The notes beneath the pieces are model-generated. The model was not told where the DNA came from and searched no databases. It saw only the letters and a program-made list of their open reading frames with translations. Made by a program: the position numbers and the translations under genes. A DNA stretch of 64,000 bases from Nitrosopumilus sp. GTDB taxonomy: Archaea; Thermoproteota; Nitrososphaeria; Nitrososphaerales; Nitrosopumilaceae. Where the stretch lies: contig OZ242220.1 in assembly GCA_965206745.1 (NCBI GenBank), positions 448,001-512,000 on the forward strand. The letters run 5' to 3'. Positions 52,274 through 62,117 of the stretch are shown piece after piece (the stretch's first letter is position 1; each line of letters starts with the position of its first letter).

Positions 52274-53224
52274 TCATTTGAAATGCTTCCAGCCATCATC
52301 TTTCAGCCGGACTAGTTTCCTGTCCCTTTGAACATATACGCCCTTGCCTGAAGTTACAAAACCTATCTCCATGATTGGTGTCTTTAGCAACCCTGCACTC
52401 TTTATGATGGCTTTTCTGTGGCTTGGCCGCACGGTAAATGCAAACTCGTACTCTTCTCCCCCGTTGAATACCATCTCATCCAGACTTGACTTGGTGGATA
52501 CTGCAAAGTCCCTTACATCCTTTAGTGCGGGAGTCTTGGTTATGATAAATCTCTTCTTGCTCTGTCTTGACATCTCATTTAATGTGACAGACAGCCCGTC
52601 ACTTGAATCCATTGAGGATGAAAAATACTTTCTGCCTTTTATCCCAAAGTCCAGTCTGGGTCTTGGCCTGGTAAATGAGTCAGTTGCCCTTTTGATAAAT
52701 GCAGTACTTCCCCTTTTCCTACCTTGAATCATATCTAGTCCTGCAGATGTATATCCGAATGGACCTGTAACAAATATCAGATCTCCCTTTCTTGAACCAC
52801 TCCTTGCAACTATCTTCTCTGCCACTCCAAAGAGGCACACGTTGAAGACTAGCTCCCTGCCCTCGTTTGTATCCCCTCCCAAAATTAAGATGCCAAACTC
52901 TCTGGCTGCCTTTCCAAAGCCGGAGGTGATCTGCCTGACCTCTGATGGTGAGACAGTCTTTGGGAGATTCACTGAGATCATTCCATATGACGGCCTGACG
53001 CCTTTTGAGGCAAAGTCACTTACGCATGCAACGACACTCTTCCTTGCAGCATCAGAGAGTCTCATCTGGGATGGAATGTCCGTGCTTTGCACCATCGTGT
53101 CAGTCTTTGCGACAATCTTGTTTCTGCCTAGGCTGAATGTCTCTACATCCTCTGATACGAACTTGCTTCTGCCAAATCCCTTCTGAAAAGTCTCAATTAT
53201 AGAGGTCTCATCTAATTTCTTCAT
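52274..53224 (-). CDS. thiL: Thiamine-monophosphate kinase
   Basis: SDFASKG, GGDTN, MDSSDGL, GGEEYE motifs. Confidence 0.92.
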   Translation of the reverse strand: MKKLDETSIIETFQKGFGRSKFVSEDVETFSLGRNKIVAKTDTMVQSTDIPSQMRLSDAARKSVVACVSDFASKGVRPSYGMISVNLPKTVSPSEVRQITSGFGKAAREFGILILGGDTNEGRELVFNVCLFGVAEKIVARSGSRKGDLIFVTGPFGYTSAGLDMIQGRKRGSTAFIKRATDSFTRPRPRLDFGIKGRKYFSSSMDSSDGLSVTLNEMSRQSKKRFIITKTPALKDVRDFAVSTKSSLDEMVFNGGEEYEFAFTVRPSHRKAIIKSAGLLKTPIMEIGFVTSGKGVYVQRDRKLVRLKDDGWKHFK

Positions 53225-54506
53225 AACTCTGATTCACCATCTTTATCACATCCTTGACTATTCCTTCACATCTCTCTTGGTTATCTGACTCTGCTGAAAC
53301 CCTGATAATATCTTCTGTATTTGACTTTCTGATTAATACCCAGCTGTCCTCATCGATGATCCCCTTGATTCCATCAAGGGTGATCACTTTGGAATAGTCC
53401 TTTGAAAATCTTGATTCCATCCTTTCAATTATTTTATCATGGAATCCTGAGTCAATCTTGACTTTATCTCTGACCTGACTATACCCCTGCATATAGTTTA
53501 ACATCTCATCAAACTTTGAACCTCCAATCATTGATGTAATGAGACCGCTTGCAAGAATTCCCTCCCTGCAATAGTTAAACTCTGGCAGGATAAAGCCCCC
53601 ACTACTCCCCTCGCCTCCTGCCTGTGCGTCATTTTTCAGCAAGAGTTCTATTACATTTGCCTCGCCCACCTTGGATCTCTGGACGGTTCCGCCCTTTTCC
53701 CTGATGAACTTTTCAACTGCGACGCTGGTATCGACACTTAGGACAAACCTTTTGTATCCAAGCTCCAGTGACTTTGCAACGCCCAGACCTAGTGTGACAT
53801 CCGGTGTCTGCTTTATTCCATTTCTAACTATTACCAGCCGATCCCCGTCGAGATCAAATGCAAACCCAATGTCATTTTTACCAGTAGCTGAGATCAACTC
53901 TGACAAACCATCTGATGTCGGATCCGGACCCCGTGAGCATGCAGAGACATCCTCGTTAATCACCCTGACATTACATCCTATCCTCCTTAGCAGTTCTGGG
54001 GCAAAGCCTCTGGCAGCACCTCCGCCTATATCCACTACAACACTCGGCCTGCCTTCTATGTCCCCTATGATCTCTGCAGCATCCTCTATGTATGATGTTG
54101 GGATGTCAGTCTCAGTACCTACTTTGGTCTTTGGAATATCCTGGTGTTCTATGATCCTGGCAAGCTCATCCTCGTTTATTCCACGTCCTTCAACTATGAA
54201 CTTTATCCCGTTCCATTCCAGCGGATTGTGCGATGAGGAGATTACCAATCCTGCACCATAACTTCTTGCCTCCCTGAATATCACTGGTGTTGGGACAGTC
54301 CCCAAATCAAAGACGTCTATCCCGTTTTTCATCAGTGTGGCACTTGCCGCATCCTTTAGCATCGGGCCTGACAGTCTGGTGTCCCTTCCGATGACGCATC
54401 TTTTTGATTCTATCAGTGCTGAAAAATTATTTGAAAATTCCAATACATCCTTCAAGTTGAGGTCCTCTCCGAATATTCCCCTGATCCCCGAAATTGTTTT
54501 TTTCAT
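53208..54506 (-). CDS. Phosphomannomutase / phosphoglucosamine mutase (alpha-D-phosphohexomutase)
   Basis: SGIRG, SSHNP, FDLDGDR, GGEGSSGG, RKSNTE motifs. Confidence 0.93.
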   Translation of the reverse strand: MKKTISGIRGIFGEDLNLKDVLEFSNNFSALIESKRCVIGRDTRLSGPMLKDAASATLMKNGIDVFDLGTVPTPVIFREARSYGAGLVISSSHNPLEWNGIKFIVEGRGINEDELARIIEHQDIPKTKVGTETDIPTSYIEDAAEIIGDIEGRPSVVVDIGGGAARGFAPELLRRIGCNVRVINEDVSACSRGPDPTSDGLSELISATGKNDIGFAFDLDGDRLVIVRNGIKQTPDVTLGLGVAKSLELGYKRFVLSVDTSVAVEKFIREKGGTVQRSKVGEANVIELLLKNDAQAGGEGSSGGFILPEFNYCREGILASGLITSMIGGSKFDEMLNYMQGYSQVRDKVKIDSGFHDKIIERMESRFSKDYSKVITLDGIKGIIDEDSWVLIRKSNTEDIIRVSAESDNQERCEGIVKDVIKMVNQSYEEIR

Positions 54507-54560
54507 TTAGTCCATTATCGGAAAGGCTTTTTATTAACTCTGATGGATTTACTCAAACGT

Positions 54561-54634
54561 GCCTTGGTAGCTCAGCCTGGTAGAGCGAACGCCTCGTAAG
54601 CGTTAGGTCGCGGGTTCGTACCCCGTTCAAGGCT
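54561..54634 (+). tRNA. tRNA-Thr(CGT)
   Basis: GCCTTGG/TCAAGGC acceptor stem; AACGC-CT-CGT-AA-GCGTT anticodon arm; T-loop TTCGTAC. Confidence 0.92.
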
Positions 54635-54825
54635 CTGATTCATTCTATATCATATTGGCAAATTCACTGGTGTCTTGCAATGGTTGTACATGCTCCTTAA
54701 AATTCGGGAAAACTGCTCAATTGAGGATTTCATGGTGCTCCCGACGGCATTTAATTTGGAGCCTAGAATGTTGCACTGGCAGAGAATGTTAGATCTTAGT
54801 GTATTTTCATCTATTTCAATAGTCT

Positions 54826-55050
54826 TTAGGATGCAGATGGTTTACAATGCTCACAATCTTTGTAATTCATACCATGCTCTTTAGCTAAACGTTGTGCTGT
54901 TTCTGTAGCAGTTTGCATGTCTGGTGCTGTAAACCATTCTGTGGTTGTTGCACTGAGGTCTCTTTCTGTATAGTGACCACAATCAATCTTGTGTATTTTG
55001 ATGTCTGTTGCTTTTAGAATATCATGAAAAATTGCGAACATGTCTGACAT
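54826..55050 (-). CDS. Small metal-binding protein (H..C...CxxC)
   Basis: KIHKIDCGHY and CEHCKP motifs; TTTTTAA box upstream. Confidence 0.65.
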   Translation of the reverse strand: MSDMFAIFHDILKATDIKIHKIDCGHYTERDLSATTTEWFTAPDMQTATETAQRLAKEHGMNYKDCEHCKPSAS

Positions 55051-55269
55051 ACCATATGAATATCGAACTTGGTTAAAAACTTTGTATTGTGCAAAAAATA
55101 TTGGAATTCAAATCAAAGTTGCACTGATTGCATAACTCGACCCGTTAACTAGATCTGTTCACCTGATTTACTCTAATTGCTACCTAGATCATGGTGATGA
55201 TCCAATAGTACTAACTAAATATGTTGAATTGGTGGAATAAGAGAAAATAATTCTTTCACAATCACAAAA

Positions 55270-55869
55270 TTATTCATGAGATCGTATTTTTTCGATTTTA
55301 TTATTTATCACATCTGTTGTGTCTACCATTTGAGCCATCACAATCAACAAGTAATTATTTTTCCATACTGTGGATTCTCCATCTTTCTTTCTCCATGCAA
55401 TTGAATCTAATGAAATATCATAGTCTAGATGACTCAAAGCATTTCTAAAATCCTTAAAGAATACCTTATTCATATTTTCACTTTTTTCTGTGGTATAGAT
55501 TAATTTTTTATAAATTTTTGTTAAATATGTGCCTAATTGATTAATTTCTGGATCAATTTTTTGAGGATCAATAATTGCTTTAAGATAAGTTTTCAATTCT
55601 TCAGAATTTTCTTGCATATGTGACAAATGAAGTTTTTTGTTGAAAGCAATCCATTCGTTTTCTGGAATGAATGTACCCTTTGATTGTTCTTGATGTTGTA
55701 CTATTTTATTTATGGCAGATTGTTTTAAACGATTAATTTCTATTCGATGTCCGAATTCTTCAGCAATTTGTAACCATTCTGGATTGGGAAATTTTAACAA
55801 TCCTGCATTTTCTATATCTGATAAAAATTCTTCGACATCTCTCCTAGTTTTTGTTGTTTCACTCACCAT
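55270..55869 (-). CDS. Hypothetical protein with HEPN-like R-x4-H motif
   Basis: FRNALSH (RNxxxH) in a helical AT-rich ORF. Confidence 0.6.
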   Translation of the reverse strand: MVSETTKTRRDVEEFLSDIENAGLLKFPNPEWLQIAEEFGHRIEINRLKQSAINKIVQHQEQSKGTFIPENEWIAFNKKLHLSHMQENSEELKTYLKAIIDPQKIDPEINQLGTYLTKIYKKLIYTTEKSENMNKVFFKDFRNALSHLDYDISLDSIAWRKKDGESTVWKNNYLLIVMAQMVDTTDVINNKIEKIRSHE

Positions 55870-55999
55870 AGAATCTTTGATGATTTAGAAGATATTTGTT
55901 TTGATATGATCTAAATAATTATCTTTTATTTTTTAAAAATGTTTTTGAAATTTGTAATTCTAAGTATGTGATTCTAGTCACAAATGGTGATCTTTTTAC

Positions 56000-56414
56000 G
56001 ATTCCCAGTCAGATAGTGATCTAGTGTGAGCTATCACCATACACAAAATCATCTACAACCAGCACAAAATTTCCTAAAAACCCAATCAAAAAATCATAGT
56101 GTGGGCTGCAAATGCTGTAATTCTCAATTCGGATCCTTGTCAAAATTTGGTGATCTGTATGTCTTGCTTCACAAACAATCATCAAAATAATCTTGGCACA
56201 ACTCAGTCTTGTATCTTCAACTGCTGTACTTGATCTCCCTCCTTGAATCTTTGTACCCACATTGAATACCTTGTCTGAGGAATGCAGCATAGTTCTGCTG
56301 TCTCTTCTATCGTCTTTTGTTTTTCTAATACCTTGTGCACTGCAAACATTCCCTGAGCAACCTTGCTGTCTTTTTACAGAACACACTTTTGAAATCTTTG
56401 TCCAGAGTATTCAT
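56000..56414 (-). pseudogene. IS630-family transposase N-terminal HTH remnant
   Basis: Minus frame reads SKVAQGMFAVHKVLEKQKTIEETAELCC...WVQRFKEG, with frameshifts and a stop at 56203; left boundary approximate. Confidence 0.55.
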
Positions 56415-56566
56415 AAAATGGATATGATGTGCAGATCTTTCTAATCCTTGTATGATGACATTTGATATCCAGATTAACTTTTACCTGTCACTATAGTTGC
56501 AACCATGTACAAGATATACTGCGAGCTGAGGACATAAATAATATCCATGATTTGCATGATTAGTAA

Positions 56567-57196
56567 ATGAACAGGCAAAAAATACTAGTCACCTGTGTTT
56601 TGATTGTAATAGCAATATCTGTGACAACTTTGGCAATATCAACATCCGAATCCTCGTATGTTTACACTCCATCAGACATCACAAAAGCAAATCCAAATCT
56701 TACAATGGGTAACGGCTTATTCTCTATGATAGACGATATAGCATATGTAAAGGATGATGTGGTATTGTCATTGTCTGGAACCGTATTATCTGTGGGGGAT
56801 CCTGTGGATTGGACGGATCATGAAACCGGTCATGCTATGGGTGATGTACCCGTAACAATTCAGATAGATGAAAAAGGCAAAAATGAAGAATTACATCTGA
56901 AATTAGACAAGGGTGATGAATTCACATTTCATTTAGGCGGAATATATGAACGAGGCCAATACCATATTTGGAATTTTCAACCTCAGTTTGAAATTGGTGA
57001 AAAAGTTATCGTGCACCTCGGTAAGGATGATCTACTAGGTCCGAATGTAGGTGAGGATAATTACCATGTGGCAATAGGCAAGTTTGGAAAGTACAAAATT
57101 ATTGAAGGAAAGGCATACAATGAAAAACATCCGTTTGGCAAATCCGTAACCGGAGCACTTTATGAAACCCTGTGGTTCTCTTGGTTCCCTTTTTAA
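56567..57196 (+). CDS. Membrane-anchored/secreted hypothetical protein
   Basis: N-terminal TM segment followed by a beta-rich domain (FEIGEKVIVHL). Confidence 0.75.
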   Translation: MNRQKILVTCVLIVIAISVTTLAISTSESSYVYTPSDITKANPNLTMGNGLFSMIDDIAYVKDDVVLSLSGTVLSVGDPVDWTDHETGHAMGDVPVTIQIDEKGKNEELHLKLDKGDEFTFHLGGIYERGQYHIWNFQPQFEIGEKVIVHLGKDDLLGPNVGEDNYHVAIGKFGKYKIIEGKAYNEKHPFGKSVTGALYETLWFSWFPF

Positions 57197-57609
57197 TTTG
57201 GTGTAATCTGTTTTATTGTATGGCTTGGTCCACCTCGATGATAATCTGTCTCCCCGCACAATCTGGTCTCAATCATACTGTGAAGGATCCAATGCCAGTC
57301 CTCCATCCCAATTCCCCTTTGAACCAGTCTGATCATCAATGCAGATATGATTGCTACAAGTCTGTCATTGTAACCATTCTGATTCCCGCACACAGGCATG
57401 AGTAATTTTATGATCTTTGGCTTTTTTTGATTTTCTCAAACTGTAAATCTAAAGATGATTACAGGTAGAGTCATGCAAAGCATCAAAATCTATCTTTTGA
57501 CCAATCTGCCTATCTCCACTACTACAAATTATCCGGATTACTCTTCAACACCTGCAAATCCACAGATCGCAGATTCAAGACTGTTAGTTTTTTAAAATTG
57601 TAATGACTA

Positions 57610-57690
57610 CTAAGCTGATTCATCCAGGGTTTCAATGTCTATCTCTAGCTCTTTTCCCAAACCTTTCCACCATTTTGTTTGTTCTGTCAT
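57610..57690 (-). CDS. 26-aa microprotein MTEQTKWWKGLGKELEIDIETLDESA
   Basis: TATAAA ~30-35 nt and AGGGG ~4 nt upstream of the ATG. Confidence 0.5.
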   Translation of the reverse strand: MTEQTKWWKGLGKELEIDIETLDESA

Positions 57691-57769
57691 GTTCCCCTTG
57701 TAATTTACTTGGAATTGTCCTTTATAGATCTGTCGGTTGATCAACAATTGATCAAATACCGACAATATC

Positions 57770-57967
57770 TCAAGACGATCTAGTTTTCTCTTCCTCTTTC
57801 TTGTTCTTGAACTTTCTGTATATGATTATCATAAGAGTCGCACCGGCGCAACCCCAAAACAGATTGGATGTCCCGTTATCTATCCCATACGGCACAAATA
57901 CCCCCACAAAGCCCAACGTCATTATTGCGACAAGAACCAGTCCTATGATCTCTAATAGTTTTGCCAT
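57770..57967 (-). CDS. Small two-TM membrane protein
   Basis: Two hydrophobic segments and a basic tail. Confidence 0.7.
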   Translation of the reverse strand: MAKLLEIIGLVLVAIMTLGFVGVFVPYGIDNGTSNLFWGCAGATLMIIIYRKFKNKKEEEKTRSS

Positions 57968-58024
57968 CTCTCCACCGATCTACCAGAATCAAAAAGATAT
58001 ATGGTTTTGTAAACAAAGCTATCT

Positions 58025-58237
58025 GTGGACAAATACCTGCTAATAGTCATGATCTTCCTCGTTGTAACCATCCCCATCGCGTTTGTCGAGCCATCTAGCG
58101 GTGATATTCGAGACCGTCCTTTCTTTGAACTGATGTGGATTGCAATAGCGGGAATAATCATCATCTTCCTGTATAATGCCCGCAAAGAGGGAAATGAACG
58201 ACGTGCAGCCAATGCAAAGAGAAGATCCAAAAAATAG
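58025..58237 (+). CDS. Small two-TM membrane protein
   Basis: Two hydrophobic segments and an Arg/Lys-rich tail. Confidence 0.7.
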   Translation: MDKYLLIVMIFLVVTIPIAFVEPSSGDIRDRPFFELMWIAIAGIIIIFLYNARKEGNERRAANAKRRSKK

Positions 58238-58238
58238 G

Positions 58239-58526
58239 CTATAATTCGAGTCCGAATGATTCGGCAATACTTGAAAAGTTCACATAAGAGTCCAGATACT
58301 GCCTGCCTTTGGAGGTAATCACAAATGTGTTTTTTCCATCATACTCTATCTTGTTTATCAGGCCCGCACCAGTCAGGTTCTCCAGGAACTTTGAGAGCCT
58401 TGAATGCGACAGATTTGCCTTTGTGAGCAGGGATGTTGTCTTGATGCCCTCTTGGCCGGACTGCTGGGTTGCATCTAGCAGATCTGCGACAATTTGCATG
58501 CTGGTCCTATACGATGCCATATGCAA
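58239..58526 (-). CDS. Winged-HTH transcriptional regulator (archaeal HTH_45-like)
   Basis: RTSMQIVADLL, KANLSHSRL, ITSKG motifs. Confidence 0.88.
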   Translation of the reverse strand: MHMASYRTSMQIVADLLDATQQSGQEGIKTTSLLTKANLSHSRLSKFLENLTGAGLINKIEYDGKNTFVITSKGRQYLDSYVNFSSIAESFGLEL

Positions 58527-58605
58527 TAATACATCAAACTCTGATATAAGCGTATTACCATCGATTCAGATCAAGATAAATAAGCTCTACGACGATCTCC
58601 GTGCA

Positions 58606-59181
58606 ATGTCTTTGATTCCCTGGTTTGATGACTTTGTAGGTGTCGCATACAGGTACTATGATCTGAGGATGAATGTCGCCCCTTTGTTCACTGACAGAAG
58701 GGATGCGGCATCTCTCTGGTATAATACCATCCATCCGTGGGTTGATCCCTCAATTAAGATCCGTTTCCTGGAGATCGATGACAAGTACTGGTTTATCATG
58801 GGTTCTGATTCGCAGAGACCGTCTACGAATGTCTCCTTCTTTAAGGAACTCTCAAAATCTGAAAACTATGAGCGGTTCAAAAAGGGCCATGACGGCGAGG
58901 CGTACCTGAGACTGGGAATATACGCCGATGAATCCCTTGCTGATGCAAAAAAGGACGCAGTGTGTAGCTGCGGCCATGATGCACAGGATCACGATGAGGG
59001 GGACGGCGATATCTGCCTGTTTAACTCGTGTGACTGCAAGAGGTTTTCCAGCTTTCAACTGACCCTGCTAAAGAAGAAGAAGATAATAACTGACATTAAA
59101 TTTCTAAAGGAAGGTGACATACAGAGTGACCCGCTAGTCTGGAACTGTATCAACGCAAACAGGCTTCAGAAACCGGACTAG
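58606..59181 (+). CDS. Hypothetical protein with CxCGH..H..C..CxC zinc-binding motif (likely start ATG 58606)
   Basis: CSCGHDAQDH...ICLFNSCDCKRF; the longer ORF call overlaps the wHTH gene on the opposite strand. Confidence 0.8.
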   Translation: MSLIPWFDDFVGVAYRYYDLRMNVAPLFTDRRDAASLWYNTIHPWVDPSIKIRFLEIDDKYWFIMGSDSQRPSTNVSFFKELSKSENYERFKKGHDGEAYLRLGIYADESLADAKKDAVCSCGHDAQDHDEGDGDICLFNSCDCKRFSSFQLTLLKKKKIITDIKFLKEGDIQSDPLVWNCINANRLQKPD

Positions 59182-59345
59182 TCCAGATCCTTGTTTACCC
59201 TGACATGCTCGCCAGGATAGTATTCGTTGAGCTGCTTTGAGTAGCACTTGCCGCATAGCGTGCCGTCGATATTCCACTCCTCCATGGCCTTGAAACGAAG
59301 GCTTACCTGCTCACTGCAGATTGTGCATTTTTCACTCTTACCCAA
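59178..59345 (-). CDS. Small zinc-finger protein (likely TTG start at 59345)
   Basis: CTIC...LCGKCY; TTTTTTATA box upstream. Confidence 0.75.
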   Translation of the reverse strand: MGKSEKCTICSEQVSLRFKAMEEWNIDGTLCGKCYSKQLNEYYPGEHVRVNKDLD

Positions 59346-59504
59346 AGTGAACCTGCTCTCTTTGTTGGATATAAAAAACATTCCCGAACCGATCACGCTT
59401 TGGGAAAAATTATGTTAAATATTACCCGTTTATACCCAATTTGGGTACGTCTGACCAATGTAAACCTCCTGCAAGATTTTTACTTGGTTGGACTGCCTTT
59501 CCAA

Positions 59505-61256
59505 TCAGAACAGGCTCGATGCGAGCTTTTTTAGTGCCAAAATCTCATCTTCTTCCTGCCTTATCTTCTTGTCCACTACCCGGAGCATCGAGTCATTCCA
59601 CACGTGCTGGGAGAAGAAATTGTGCTTGGTGTTGGCAATCTCTATCTCGTCATCCACTACTGTATCCTCAAGAAACTTTGTCACAACGACGTCAGTTATC
59701 CTCAGAATCCTCGAGTTTAGCTTGAAACTGTGAAAGATCGGCTCGAGCTTTCTCACGTCGGTCTTAAAGTCCCCCTTTGACTCTAGAATTTTCTTGTGCA
59801 GGATTCTAAAGTACACTGCGACAAAGAACAGCGTGGCGTATCTCTTTGTCTTGTGTCCGCCCTGCTTTCCGTACTTTAGTGATTTTTTTGCAAACTCTTT
59901 GACCAGATACGGATACAGCAGGATTCGATAGTCGTCCTTGAGGTTGTCGTTGAATACGTCATCATACTTTCTTCCCCTTGGGAGGAACTGTGCAGGCGAG
60001 CTGTACGCTTCAGTCGGCCTCTGCTCAATTCCTGCAACTAGCGACTGTATTGCATCCTTTGCGACGATGACCCTCTTGTGGTTGTCTGGAAGATAGCTGT
60101 TGTATGCAGGGTCCCCCTCGTACTCGCTCTGCTTTGACTTTGTCTTTGTATCAAAGGAGCCTGCCTGAATCTCATAAAAGTAACCGGAATTTTTAAGCTG
60201 CGACTTTATTGACTTGTGAAAGTCCATAAGCGAGACCAGATCCTTTCCCCTGACTGAGTTTTGCGAGTTTCTGTACTTTGTAATGTTGTTCTGCTCCTGC
60301 TCGTCATCTGCCTTGATTATGGTAACTGTCATGGAGCCGTCCATGTTCTTTGTCCTCTTTGAGTGATCCAGGATGGAGTTTGATGTCTGTGCACCGTTGA
60401 CTATTTGTGGTGCGTGCAGCTCTATTAGATTCTCGCCAAGCTCTGCAAAGTCACTTACCACGATGGTTATCCCGTTATTGTAAAAGAAGAACTTGTCGGG
60501 ATTGCTCTGCAATGTCTCCCTCAGACCCTTGTTTACTGTTGTCTTAAACTGCATCCACTGCCTGATGTTTGACTCAAATACATAGTCCCGGTTCTTGCTT
60601 ACAAATTCGGTGAGTTCGCGCAGCTTTAATATTCCAAGGATGGTATTTTCATGCCTTAGCATCCTCTCTAGCTTTATCGATGACTTTTTTCCCGCTGCCG
60701 GCTTTTTTATCCTGTCCCACAGTTTCTGGATTATCACCTTTTGATCAATTATCTCTACCAGGTCATCAGCATAGTCCACCTTTTGGTCAGTAACATAGCA
60801 GCACTTTATCTTTAGGTTCTTCTCCTTTATCTTTGTGACAAGCTGGGCAAGCTCGGGCCTCATCTTTATGACGTCCTTTCCAAGCAGCCTCTGCACGTCT
60901 TCCTTGAACTTTGCAATGGCCTCCAGGGAATGCGATGTCCCGTACTTTGACTGGAAGAGCCTGATGGTGTTGTCTGAAAAGTCCACTGGAAGGTATGCGT
61001 CAATCCCGAGATCGTTTGCCCCATCCAGAATTGCATCTGCTGCATCATCTTCAGTGGCCTCAAAGACCCTTGTTAGAATCCACTGGAGAAAGTTGTTGCC
61101 CTTTTCGACCTCGCTTTTTGAGTTTTGGGCATACTCGTGGATGCTCTCCTGTATGTTCTCTGCAAACCCCTCTAGGGGTGGACTGGAGTTTTTCTGGACT
61201 AGCAGCGTGTGGGAGCCTGGTATGTACTCTAGCAGGCCGTTTCCGTTTTGAGTCAA
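59505..61256 (-). CDS. AIPR family (abortive-infection phage resistance) protein
   Basis: NDLGIDA..FQSKY nuclease-like N-terminus; FESNIR, FFFYNNGITI, IVNGAQT, NSQN motifs. Confidence 0.9.
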   Translation of the reverse strand: MTQNGNGLLEYIPGSHTLLVQKNSSPPLEGFAENIQESIHEYAQNSKSEVEKGNNFLQWILTRVFEATEDDAADAILDGANDLGIDAYLPVDFSDNTIRLFQSKYGTSHSLEAIAKFKEDVQRLLGKDVIKMRPELAQLVTKIKEKNLKIKCCYVTDQKVDYADDLVEIIDQKVIIQKLWDRIKKPAAGKKSSIKLERMLRHENTILGILKLRELTEFVSKNRDYVFESNIRQWMQFKTTVNKGLRETLQSNPDKFFFYNNGITIVVSDFAELGENLIELHAPQIVNGAQTSNSILDHSKRTKNMDGSMTVTIIKADDEQEQNNITKYRNSQNSVRGKDLVSLMDFHKSIKSQLKNSGYFYEIQAGSFDTKTKSKQSEYEGDPAYNSYLPDNHKRVIVAKDAIQSLVAGIEQRPTEAYSSPAQFLPRGRKYDDVFNDNLKDDYRILLYPYLVKEFAKKSLKYGKQGGHKTKRYATLFFVAVYFRILHKKILESKGDFKTDVRKLEPIFHSFKLNSRILRITDVVVTKFLEDTVVDDEIEIANTKHNFFSQHVWNDSMLRVVDKKIRQEEDEILALKKLASSLF

Positions 61257-61326
61257 TTACGCCTTCTGATATGTTATATATTTAGAGGATTTGGTATTGT
61301 GTAATAACTCTGGAAAAGGAGATGAT

Positions 61327-61725
61327 ATGATAAAAATAATAATGATAATTGGAATTGTTGCAGTAGCTGTGGTCGGCCTTGCAGCATATGGTTTGTCGGT
61401 GGATATTCCACAAGACCCTAAAGTTGCTGTTACAGGCGATGTCATCATGCCCTCAAAGGCCTCCCGTCCCGGATGCGAGGATGACGACATGTGTTACATT
61501 CCGTCTGTGATTGCAGTTGGTCCGGGGAATACTGTCACCTGGGTAAATGAGGACTCTGCGTTTCACAGTGTTACCTCTGGATCCTATGATGAGCCCACTG
61601 ACCTGTTTGATAGCGGGTATCTGGATCCGCTTGAGCCATTTACCTTTAACTTTGATGAGTTAGGAACCTATGATTATTTCTGCACCCTTCACCCTTGGAT
61701 GAAGGGACAGGTCGTGGTAGGGTGA
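61327..61725 (+). CDS. Plastocyanin/azurin-family blue copper protein
   Basis: VTWVNED..HSVT, YFCTLHPWMKG motifs; N-terminal TM; likely ATG at 61327. Confidence 0.93.
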   Translation: MIKIIMIIGIVAVAVVGLAAYGLSVDIPQDPKVAVTGDVIMPSKASRPGCEDDDMCYIPSVIAVGPGNTVTWVNEDSAFHSVTSGSYDEPTDLFDSGYLDPLEPFTFNFDELGTYDYFCTLHPWMKGQVVVG

Positions 61726-62117
61726 CTCGGAGGATGTCTAAACTCTCTTGGATGATCTTTGCAGAGTGTTATTCTGCTAGAGCACCTGATGAATCATTTG
61801 TTTGGTTTATGATTCAATGCTATGACCCGTTACTGAAGAAAATAGTTTGATCTGATTTTGAAATATAGTTGAAATCCACACGGTATCATTGCATGCAAAA
61901 AAGATGTTACTTGTGATCAATCCAATTTGATGCACTTGTATGATAAAAATTTCTGTCTTTATGTCCAAGACGCATCAAAAAATAATAGAATTTGTTATAT
62001 GATGGCAAGCAAAATTTCATCAGAATGGATCTAGTTATTTACCTTAAACTAAAACAATAAAGACAAGGACAAATTTTTGATTATAACTATAATTCTGTAC
62101 AAATTCCCAGATTGGAG

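Noticed and set aside
38789-54261. Long antisense ORFs within pstS, pstA, purB, rtcB and the phosphomutase gene
   Set aside because: Typical antisense shadows of well-supported genes; no motifs.
56021-56386. 121-aa minus-strand ORF as a real gene
   Set aside because: A different frame carries the transposase-like residues; better explained as an IS630 relic.
58309-58605. N-terminal 99 aa of the 290-aa ORF
   Set aside because: Antisense overlap with the wHTH gene; ATG 58606 is the plausible start.
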